Below the pieces are notes generated by a model that did not search any database, had not been told where the DNA came from, and saw only the letters and a list, made by a program, of their open reading frames with translations. Made by a program: the position numbers and the translations under genes. From Botryllus schlosseri (Eukaryota): 64,000 bases of DNA. The stretch is from contig CM119375.1 of the NCBI GenBank assembly GCA_051294905.1, positions 4,030,001 to 4,094,000 on the forward strand. The letters run 5' to 3'. Positions 38,201 to 50,200 of the stretch are shown here, piece by piece (within the stretch, counting starts at the first letter, position 1; each line of letters starts with the position of its first letter).

Positions 38201-41200
38201 CTATAAATTACGGAATTCATTCGTGAATCTGACATTTTCGCGCTCCGCGCGACAATATGCAATCCCAGCAACTATTATTACCGTTAACACTCGCGATTTC
38301 GGTGCGTACAATAGGCCGTTGTGAAGAGTAGAATGGTCCGGAGTTCACCGGGAATGAATATGGACTGGACAAAATAACATAGGTATTTTGCTTCCAGTTA
38401 TTTCATTACGGCTATGCCCTGGAATGCGGCCTTAGGCTACATAAGTAATCGAAATACGGTTGTGATTGGCAAAAAGGTTGCCTACCTCTGTATCAGATGA
38501 GGGGAACGCCATTTTTTGACCATCGCCAAGGGGGGCGCATGTCCAAAAAGGTTGAGAACCACTGACTTAGACTCAACAATAAATGGTGCGATGTATCTGC
38601 AGTCAATCATTAGCATATATCATGTTATAATATCATAGTACGAGAATTGGTGGGGGTGAAAGGTCCCACAATTAATATCTTGCAATCTAACCAGTAAATG
38701 GAAATCAGTTGAATGAATTGAACTACCTTACAGGCTTTAATCCTCATTCATGGGCTATTACGTATATCATACATATTGTATCAGGTGGAAAAATATATAG
38801 TAACAATGTCAATATGGTGCGCTACCTTGCTCGACACACGTTGGCGTCTCGTCGTTGTCGTATTTCCAGAATCCAGCTTTCGTGCAGACGTTATGATCTC
38901 GTCCGATTAATTTGTAACCCTCGTCGCAGAAGTACCGCACTCGCTGTCCCGGTAATTTGTAGCCGATCACCGGCAACACATATCCACCGGCTGGCGGTTT
39001 CGGAATGTAACATACCACTGAATTCAGAAAACATCGAGCAATCAATGGCTATATTTCAGTTGGTAGACAGCCTATTGATATCTGTTCAAAAGGTGATACA
39101 CGAATGCGCGAACCTATACCCCGGAGTGATGCAGTAGTATAAATCAAACACGACGTTTTAATCCAATCGATGCTTGCAAATTAGATTAAGCACAAATGGA
39201 GTACGAAGGAACAGGATTTACAACAATGATTTCCATTATGAATCGATCAGAATCGTCTCTTTCGCAAAGTTACCCAAAAGAACAAAGCGGTTGAATATAT
39301 GAAGACAAAGAAAAACGCCGATTGATAATGATGAAAGGCTCAAGCGTGCAATAATTATAGTAAGTATAAGTATATACTTACTATGTTATATAAATATTAG
39401 TGGGGTGAACGGGTTTCTAAATTCTGAGGTATATAGGTTGTGTTTTCGTGTACGACCTTTAGGGCGTGAATACACCCCTTCCGCTAAATCCGGGACACCC
39501 AGACTTGGAGAACTATCAATTTTTTAGCTTTTCCAAATTAGATTAGAACTAAACTAATAGCTACGCTGTTTTTTGAACAGTATATTCATACTGAAATGAA
39601 CCTGAATATTTTCGGCTGACACTCGTTAGGGCTGATCGTAAGCAACTATAGTAGAGAATGGAAAGGAACATGGTATATCAACAATAGTATCACAAAATAT
39701 GACGTCACCATCGTTTTTTTTTATTAGACTAGAATTAGAACTACACATTTTATGCAAATTCGATTAGAACTAGAATTATAGATACTCAGTTTTCTCAGAT
39801 TAGAATATAATTAGAGTTGCAGCTACTCAGCATTTCTCCAGATTACATTAGAATTACTGGATCGACGAAAACTTGGACATAGAATGAAGTTCAGTTCGTA
39901 TCGAACCAGAGCTTATTCTCACAAGCATGAGATTAGGAAATGTCCGTACAGCATGCTTGACTCGTTTCTCACTGTTCCGTTCTCGTGTAGCATTTTCATG
40001 AAAAGCAGATTTTAGATTAAAATTAAAGTGACAGCAAAGGAAGATACCAAATTCAGATTAGAATTAGATTATCGTCATTTCGATCTAATTAGTTTCATTT
40101 GACAACTAGAATTATCTAGTTGTCAAAGTCTGGTAATTCCCAGTTCTGCGTAATGTAACAAGCAAACCAAGATGTAAATTACTACACAATGCAATAACAT
40201 GTGGCAATTATTCTATTTCCATGTAACATATTATCATTTATATATTACATATGCATATTGCATGTACATATATACCATTTTTACTATGTAACATTTTAGC
40301 ATATAATATGTATAGTTTCACCATGACTATTTAAAATATCAAATTGTCGGTGAGGAGAAAGTTCGCGTCACCTGCCGACGTTCAAGTGACAGTCTGATTA
40401 CAGATGCGCGCAGCACGAGTTTCGCGCTTGAAACTGCTTATTATCTATGATCGAGATGAGTACAAACCAGCGCGTTGGCTTGATAATGATCATTATGTTT
40501 ACAGGAAATTCATCCATCTCTAGATTATATACAATGAGATATGTACCTTTTTTACAGCGTGGAAGTTTACTCCAATTTCCATTGCTCCTGCACACGACTT
40601 GGTTGTCGTCTGAAGTCGAGTATCCGTCTTCACACTCGACCTCAACTTTGTCTCCCACAAAGTATTTCCGTCGCTTCGGTCTCCAATCCGAGTATTCCGA
40701 CAAATCCGCTCCCAAGCAAGTGGCTGAAAAATTAGGCGGGGAATCTATTGCTCGTTACATGGTCATGGGTAAAAGCAAAGAGCGCATTGAAAGTACTGCT
40801 GTTGCGTATTTAATGAATTGCAGCTGCGCTACACGGCAGTAATTAGTTATTAGTTAATTAGTTAGTTGTATTACACAGTACGGTATTTCGATACCAAACT
40901 TTTCATGAATTACTATGTACTATTTAATCCACAATTGTATACAATAGTGTTTTTGAGGTAGGCGAGGTAGGTGGTCGCCTATAGGCCCCCTTGGTTGATT
41001 TACGCGCGTTCGAGGCGCCTCCCTCCCCGGCTTACGCGCCTTTTTAAAACTATTCCTCCGGTTTACGCGTTTTTTCTAACTATTACCATTTTCTGAATAA
41101 CCGTGGAAGTCCGCGTGTTTTTATTGATATGGGGGCCCCTGCATGTTTCGCCTCCCCCCTACAACCTGAGGGCCACCACTGATTCTATAATATATTCATA

Positions 41201-44200
41201 TTGAAATAAGCCTGAATATTTACGACTGACACTCCTCACGGATAATCATCATCAGCCGAAAATATTCGGGTTTATTCCGATATGAATATATTATTCAATT
41301 GTATATTGCAGTTCCGTACCTCCATGAAGCTCTTCATATACAATTTACTATATTACTGTGTAACACACACATATACGGATAAACTAATACAGTAATTCTT
41401 CAAGGGCTGAAAGACAATAATATATATATCACCTGATAGAAGAACTCCACGAAACAGCAGGAAATTAAAAGCAAAGGCCTTTAGATAGGCAGAAACATTG
41501 TGTACTACAAGTAAAGGTTGTCAGTAACGCAACACTCGTACTTTTCGAATTACCTGAAATAGATTTTGCTTACTCGTACTACTTACTCAACTGGTTATGT
41601 TTTGAGCAGAGGTGGTCAAAGTAGTCACCGTCGCTACTCAAGTAGAAGTAGAAGTAACGCCGGAATTTCTACTCAAGTAGAAGTAGGAGTGGTGGTTCAC
41701 AAGTAAGTAAGTTAGTAGGTATTCCACGCCCATTTTTGCCTACAAAACTGAAAACTGCCAAGTAGAAGTAGAAGTAGTCTAAAATCACAACTACTTAAAA
41801 AGTAGTGTGAGTAGGCAAAATCTACTTCAAGTACTTCAAAAAGTAGAAGTACTTCGTTACTGACCACCTCTGGTTTTGAGACTACTTCTACTTGACAGTT
41901 TTCTGTTTTTAGGCAAAACTAGGTCTGGACCACTTACTTTTCAGTTACTTTTAAATCGCTTCTTCGATTTCTAATTGAGTAGAAATGTTTAATTCTACTC
42001 TACTTCAGTACCAGCGGGGACTGCTTTGACGGACGCAGTTGTACCAAAGTAAAAGCGAATATAAGTAGGGTTACCATACGTCCTCTTTTAAGAGGATTTG
42101 TCCTTTTTTTCAATAAATTGAAAGTGTCCTCGGAGGACGCAGCGTACGACAGAGCTTCGTAATAAATCGGGCAAAACGGAGGACGAGTCGAAGTGACGAC
42201 CATTTTTTTGTTTTCAGTCAACACCTCGGACGTAACGCAAAAATGCGGGTAACTCGGGAGTCAGGTTAACACCGGCACTATTTGTCGAAAACTTCTAAAA
42301 TTAAACATTTTCTTTTCCGGTATTACAGCTTCCGAAGTTTTTAAAAGGTGTCCTCTTTTGCGGATGCTGAAATATGGTAACCCTCAAGGCTGGCACTGCA
42401 TTATGTGTGTTCGTTGTTGATGTTAATGGATGCATCGACTTTTTTTGACCGTAACCACTCATCTTGTGTTGAAACGAACGAAGTACTGATTATTGTGCAA
42501 TAACCTGTGTCCGAAGTAAGCAGAGAATTTTCCGAAGTAACTGGAGTTTGTTTACGTGCACTTTTTACTTCTGTTCCGTTCCCGAGCACAATAATCATCA
42601 ATAATCATTAGAGTATATTTCCGTCTGCCCAAGACTCACAGAGTGTTCAATGCGTTATACAAGACACAATGTGATGTAATGAACATATAGGGGGATGCCG
42701 AAACGACCAGCTGCGGTCTCTTAATCAGGCTTGCGACTCGGCCTATTGCCCAATGTCACAGTCATCTTCGATGTTGTTCTTTCTTCGTCGCTCCTTTTAG
42801 AAGACCCTATTTATTCCGCCTTTCTTTTTTTCCTCGAGTCTTATACTGGGCGTTTTTGTCGGCGTAAGAACATCGACACGGCGGACGAGGAGCCCAAAAT
42901 AACCTCCGCATTTCGGCCGATTATAGCGGAGTCGACTGTACTTGTATTTTGCAAACGAAACACTTACTCACTTCGAATGCACGCTAGCCTCTCGTCATAT
43001 CTCCACTTTCCGTTTTCGAGACACTCATCGAAAAAGGTGCCGTTAAGGTAAGAGTCGGAACCGCAGAAAAATGTGATTTCGTCGCCGGCAAAGTATTTTG
43101 ACTTCTCAGGCTCGATGCCGCCGTTCACTGGCGTTCGCGGAGTTGGGCAGGAGACTTCATCTGTGAATTGTAATTATTACATTGAGTTGTAATGACTCGA
43201 GTCGCAATGTTTCGATGACTTGACTCCAGGCATTTTTTGAAAGATGTCAAAATAACTCGACTCGAGTCAATTAGTGTATCGAATCGACAAGAACTATAGT
43301 CATTGCGCATGACTCAACTAAGTCACATGACTCGACACATTGTATGACTATTCAGAACTCGTATATCAGGATCGATAATAATTGAAAATAGGCCCAAACT
43401 GTCTTGTATCAGTTTGAATAAACATGCCTACAATGAGCAAACGAGTATATTATGAATCTGAGGCCTTCGATATCACCCAAGAGTTTCACAAAGTGAGCTG
43501 AAGGTGACTTGAACTTGTTACTGAACAGTAAACACAATAACTTGAACTCGGACTCTGCTCGATGCACCCTGACTTGAGGTGGACTCGACTCGGCGATGAA
43601 TTGAAAATGACTCGGCTTGACTCGAGTCAAAACTATTAAAGTAAAATAGACTTGTTACTTGGAACCACGTGACTTGGTTACAACCCTGGTTCAGCGTACA
43701 TGAAGATGCATGGTCGCACCGTTGGATTCACGTTCGTGTTAGACATGCGAACCGTGATAATTTGGAACGAATGTCAGTATGTTCGATGTACAGTGATAAA
43801 TTTTGCCAAACATCAGAATGACACAATAATTTAACAATTTTTGATCAAATCTCCTAGATATTGAGGCTCCTGCCTGCCGTGTCATGCTGGCTACAATCCA
43901 TCAAGTTTAACAGAAAACTATGAAACGATTCGTTTACTATGACTGGGAAATTTTGTTAAAGTTTCGATCGTGCCAACTTCTGAATAGATTTATATCATCA
44001 TGCTTCATAATCCCCGAACGCGTGTCATACGTGCTGGTAAGATTGTTAAGACGTGGTCTTAGTCGTAAATCAAGAAGTTGTGTCACCTATCGACCATGGT
44101 AACTTAGTCATCGTGAATCCGTGAGCCACTATTCTGAAATCTAAATATACCTTCAATGCATTTTGGAGTGGACTCGTATATCCATTTTCCATCTCGTCCG

Positions 44201-47200
44201 CATTTGTTCTTTCTGCTGCCCGTTATTCTGTAGCCCTTCTGGCAGGAGAATTTAATTTCTTCGCCAGGAAAGTACGCAGAATATTCGGAGTCGGCAAAAC
44301 CTTTCGGTGGTGCTCGGAGTCTCTTGCAAGTTACTACAAAGAATTGATTGGATATAGGATGTATGACTTTAAAAATAAGGTTTTACAAAACATTTAAAGA
44401 GCTTCTTCTGTAATATTTATAGGAGAACCAGCGATTATATTAGAATTTGAAGAGCTTACTGGAGGTACAGAACTTCAATATACAAGTAATTAGTATATCC
44501 ATATTGAAATAAACCCAATTCACGAAGTACCGATCAAGAAACCGGATGCTCCCCCATTATACGCAATCTTTTCGATAGTGGACTATATATGGACACCAGA
44601 CAGTCAACGCGAGTACAATATTAATAATCTCTTGATAAACTTAACAGTGTTGGGATGACTCGAGTCACTTTGGAAAAATGACTTGACCTGACTTGACTCG
44701 GGGCTTCAGAAATGTGCATTGACTCGTGACTCGAAGTAAAATTTACGAGTCAATTTCAAGTCATCAAGTAAACGGCGTCGATTAAATCACTGTATCTTGT
44801 GTATGTTCGATTGTTCGGTGTCACTTGTGAGAGCAACCAGTCATGCACTGATTGTACGTTACACTGATCCTCCTTTGTTACATGGGTTACCATACGTCCT
44901 CTCTTAAGAGGATTTCTCATCTTTTTTGACTTTTTTGAAAGTGTCCTCGGGAGACGCAAAATGTCCTCTTTTTGAGCATTTTGTTGAATATAGGGTCAAA
45001 TTTGACTGAGATACATTAAATCAGCACTGTACTAACGCTCCGGCGGCTATTTCGAATTCGACAAAAGTGTGTATTTCTGGAGCCGAGTCGGTAAGATGAG
45101 AGTCGGGAGAAATTTACCACTTTTTCCGGATTTGACTCCAGAATTGCAAGTCTTGAAATTTTGAAGAAGTGTCCTCTTTTCACATTTCCAAAATATGGTA
45201 ACCCTATTTGTTACATCACAAATAAATTGACTGCAAGCGAAACTATCACAGATTGCGTTTCCGTAGTAGTAGAAGTAGTAGTAGGTTAATCTAATAGCAA
45301 CGTGTCTCTGTTTCTTAGACGGTTCAATTCCGCAGTGCTCACCTTCACCAACCCTTTTGCAGGATTAAAATCGAACAACTGTAGTTTGTGCGTTTATATT
45401 CTCACGGATGTGTAAATGGGTGGTGCTGGCCGTTGTACCATATCAATTTGTTTCAACTTCTCGCGGCTTCGTGTACGGCTCTATATTTTGTCTGATAATA
45501 ACTGATTGTAGCATGTAGCTGTACTAGGGCTGTTCAAAAATAACCTTTTTTCCTGAATCTTGCTGGCTACTTGATTAAATCGTTTGGTTGCCTTAAAAAA
45601 CGACGCACACCAAGTTTGAATTAATTCCAACCAATATTCGCGGGTTTCGTACACTTTGAAAATTTTGAATTTGACTTTGATTTTGAATTCTTGGATTATC
45701 CACCGATCAAGGATAATCCTAGAATTATCAAAGAAAAACTGAAATAACTCCGCTTCTACGACTTGGAATTGAGTTAAATTTGTTTTGCATAGTTTTTGAA
45801 GACAGTCCAACAATTTCATGTTGTTGGCAGAAAAATTTTTTTTGCATTTTTGGGCAAATTCAGAATTTTCAAACTGTACGAAACCCGCGAATATTGGTTG
45901 GAATGAATTCAAATTTGGTGTGCGTTGTTTTTTAAGGCATCCTAACGATTTAATCAAGTAGCCAGCAAGATTCAGGAAAAAAAGTTATTTTTGAACAGCC
46001 CTACTGTACAGTTACTCGCGTGTTTTATTAGCAGTTCTACGTTTGCGTAAGCGATACAACGTCTTTTTGCATGCATATTTAACTTTATATTCGTGATTTG
46101 CTTCAAGATAAACGGCCAATTAATTTTTTTTTCACACAGCTAGCAAAATGTAATAACATTGAATCATCTCTCATCGTTCGAAAATTCAATTTGACTTGAA
46201 TTGTGACTTGACTCGTGACTTGACTTGACTTGACTTGACTTGACTTGACTCGACTTGACTCGACTTGACTCGACTTGACTCGACTTGACTCGACTTGACT
46301 CGAGTCACCTCGAAAAAAACGGGTGACTTGACTTGACTCGAGTCACTTTCGAAGATCGTTTGACTTGACTTGACTCGAGTCAAAATATGCAATGACTCAA
46401 GATGACTCGTGACTCGCAAGTAGTGACTTGATCCCAACACTGATATTAAAATCACTTGTTTTCCTTGTAGCTGTGGTCTATGCCATGCATCTCACTGATG
46501 CATATTACTAGAAGGGGTAGGTATTCGTCTATATACCCGTAGTATTTGCTACTGGCTATACCTGCCATCTAGACAGATATCTTGTCTTAGTTCATTGTTT
46601 CAAACCTGCACGGCAAAATGGCTTCTTCTCTTCCTTCCACTCTCCGCTGTTCTGGCAAATGTCGGTCTTTGCTCCGATCAGTTTGAACCCCGTTTCGCAC
46701 GAATAAGTGATCTCATCTCCAGCAAAGTACGGGCCTTTTGACGGTGACACGCTGCCATCTCGTATACCACCGCGACCGGTGCACGTTACTGTGAGTCGGA
46801 GAAGGCAATATACTTTAGAATCGAAGTTCGACGACTAGAGAATTTTCAGCTTTTTCAAATCAGATTCGAATTAGAGCTGTAGCTACACGTGTTTTTATAT
46901 TAGATTTGAATTGGAATTACTGAATTCACGAAAACGTGTAAATGCAACAAACATCAAGTTTCATTTTCACTGTGTGTGCGCAGCGTACGATAGTGTATAT
47001 TAGGCTACGCGTAAGTTCGTCGAAGCGAGAAGACTTACATTTTAGGCATTTACGATGTAGGCTACTCAACCCTAATGTTGTTTGTGGTAATCATGGTGTT
47101 TGACGACTACAATGTTCATATACACCAGGCCGATATTTATTATTTTTGATTCCGCAACCACCGGCTTATAGCACGGCACACTTCTAGGCTTTTGTAAGAC

Positions 47201-50200
47201 ACCGCTTATGCGAATAAGATGGCGAGCAGGAGCCTAGATAAACCTCCAACTCTTTGGTAGGAATTCTGAAGTCGACATCGGTCGGACTCGAACCCATAAC
47301 CCATTGGTGTTGTAGCTGTGGAATATACCACTATACGCTATCTCGCCACCTACTTAACCCTAATAAATTGATATCTTGGTAAATTTGGAGTGCCAGAGTT
47401 TTCGAACGCCTCGAAATCTTAATTAAGGAATGCATCATAGTGTACTTTGGTGTGGATACAAGCAAATCTCACGGATCGATTACATTGGTCTACGTCAGTG
47501 GTTCCCAACGTGGGCGATATCGCCCCCCAGGGGGCGATTTGGCGGTCCAGGGGGGCGAAAATGACGAAGGGGGCGATAGGGGGGCGAAAATGGACAAAGG
47601 GGGCGACAGGGGGCGAAATTAGCTAAGGGGGCGATAGGGGGGCGATGACGCGCCAAAACGGCTGACCTTTTTTTTTATTTTTTTTTTTTTTATTTTTAGT
47701 CAACGTTTTGAGCTCTGAGAGGAAAAAAATGACCTTTTTTATTTATTTTTTTAGTCAACCCGCCGGTGATTACAGTTTGTATGCCCATTTTTCGGTACAC
47801 AAAATCTGGGGGGCGATGATCGGTGTTAAGCTTGAAAAGGGGGCGATGGTTCGAAAAAGGTTGGGAACCACTGGTCTACGTCATACTTTTCATTTGGTCA
47901 AAGACAATTTGACGGTAATTTTTGACCGGCTTGCCGAGCAGCAAATTTGATAAAATGAGTATCAATCGAAAGCTACCGTACTGATTTCGAAAATATAAAT
48001 ATTATTCTGCTCGTGGTCCTGTACCCCTCAAAATCAGCTTCGAATGTGGCATTGTAACGTAGTTTGGTATTTTGACGCATTCATATGCCATCTGAGCAGC
48101 TCAGGAGCAATTTCGCCGCGAGTGAGAGTGTGAATGCTCAATCGGTTGCGCAACAATGGCCAATACGCTTGCAGTTCACGCTGCTTCTCACCGGCTCGCA
48201 GACGGCATGGTTGCGTCAAAATACCAAACTCCGTTACAACGCAACAGTCGAGGCTGGTTTCGGGGGATTCCAGGACCACGAGAAGAATAAAATTTATATT
48301 TTCGCAAGCAGTACCACGGTATGGCTTTCGATTGATACCAATTTAATCAAATTTAACGCTCTGCAAGCCGGTCAAAAATTACCGTCAAATTGCTTTCGAG
48401 CAAATGAAGTTGTGACGTATAGACCAATTTCAGAGAGCCGTGAGATTTGCTTGTGTCCACTCCGTATAAGACACTATGATTGCAACGTGTGTTGATTGAT
48501 CAGAGAGAAGCAGGCATAGCGACGCCACTACAACAATGTCCTTCGCAAATCCACATTGGCAAGTAGTGGATTTGAAGTGGCATTGCTGTTGTTGAAATAG
48601 GGGAGATGTGGTACCGATGGATCAAAAATTGCAAAATGATCCCTGGCCCTCAAATCTTCAGCCGAGAATGGCAGATCTTTTGCTCTCTCAACACTTCGAT
48701 ACAAGCTCTACCTATCGCGGACATTTACATGAATATCCACCTTTTCAAAAAATATTTATAAACGTTTAAAATTTGTTGCTCGAACGTGTCATCGGTCCCC
48801 ACCCGGTGGGTCCAACGGCACACGACCATGGGACCTATGAGACATACGCTAAAAAACTCAAATTTGTTAACTTGTTTTGTTGTGTACTATAAGCTAAGCT
48901 ACAGCAAGTCAATGAAGAATGTTTCGTCGCGACCTTCAAGAATAAAATAGATTATATCAACTGAAATATTGGCATAAAATCATGTTTTGATATACGCCTA
49001 AACTTAGAAAATTAATGCGACATACATATTACCCGCAACACGACATTTTGAATTTCAAGTAACTCGTAATAGCGATAAAACACCACAGGTACCTATGATT
49101 TACAGCCTATATATATGTAGGCGAGTTTCTGTTGTTAAGTGATTAGTTGGCCCATCTATTTTGCTTGATTTGGCTATGGTACCATAGGTCCCTCACCCCC
49201 TAAATATTGTAATTGACTTGAAAATAGTCCACTCGAGGATGGTATTGATTAAAAAAACATGTGCCATTATATACCCTGATATAAGCCCTATACTTCACAT
49301 CAAAAATTATGGCGGGTTTGTTAGTCTGGAAGGTGATATAGAAAAATGTAAATGTCGATCCAAATTTACTTTATACCCCCTAAAACGTAAATCATTCGTC
49401 ACAGACCCCATAACTCACGCAGGTCGAATTTTTTTGCATGTGAGGAAAGATTCTGTCAGCATGTAACTGTAGACAAATTCACGGAGTGTAATCATGGAAT
49501 TATCATGGAGAATTTTTCAAGTATTTTCGGTCCCAGTGATCCATCGGTACCACATCTCCCCATTAATTAAATACGATTTATTCATTGTACATGTGGATAA
49601 ATGGGCGAATAATGTATCGATTCTGCAATCCGGCCCACAAAGTACTTAATTTTAATATATCCGACCCGCCGACTGGAGAAGTTGCTCGCCCCTGCAATAG
49701 ATTATAGTTATATTTAGATCCCTTGGATTTCACAAATATGACTAGAATTAAAATATTTAGAGCAGTGGATCTCAACCTGGGGGCGTGAAACATCTGACGG
49801 GGGCGCGAAGAAACGGTCAATTTTTTTTTACCTTCAATTCACGTGTGTTTCTCTATATATAGATCGAATTTCATATTTATTAATTCTCTCATCAACAGTC
49901 ACAAAACCTTCCCTGCCATCAAACAATCTGTTGGGGTTGCTAGCATCCCCATTTGATTTTGTGATATGACGATAAGGGAGGGGCGCGAAATTTTTCACTA
50001 TCATAAAGGGGGGGCGTGTCTAAAAAAAGGTTGAGAACCACTGATTTAGAGCGAAGAAAGAAACACTTCACACATTAGATTCTAATTGAAGTTATAGAGC
50101 ATAGAAACTCTTCACGAATTTGATTGGATTTCGATTACCGTCATTTTATTATAATTATTCTATTTAGACAAGTGCAATTATCTAATTGTCTAATTACAAT

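Larger units (their letters stand above)
44645..46442. mobile_element. GACTT-rich hAT-type element hosting two nested insertions
   Basis: TIR CAGTGTTGGGAT..ATCCCAACACTG; weak TSD aaacttaa/atattaaa. Confidence 0.6.
46971..49694. mobile_element. Nested cluster: 3691-family hAT remnant split by a SINE, a P-like element (itself holding a MITE) and a GGGG-ended TIR element
   Basis: Host segments about 46971-47076, 47356-47435, 48479-48599 and 49562-49694 are colinear with about 4099-4527. Confidence 0.8.

Noticed and set aside
45481-45957. 158-aa ORF
   Set aside because: It lies within the AT-rich palindromic MITE 45525..46003 and has no domain signature.
46186-46455. SSQVE/SSRVK repeat protein
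   Set aside because: It is the translation of the (GACTT)n array.
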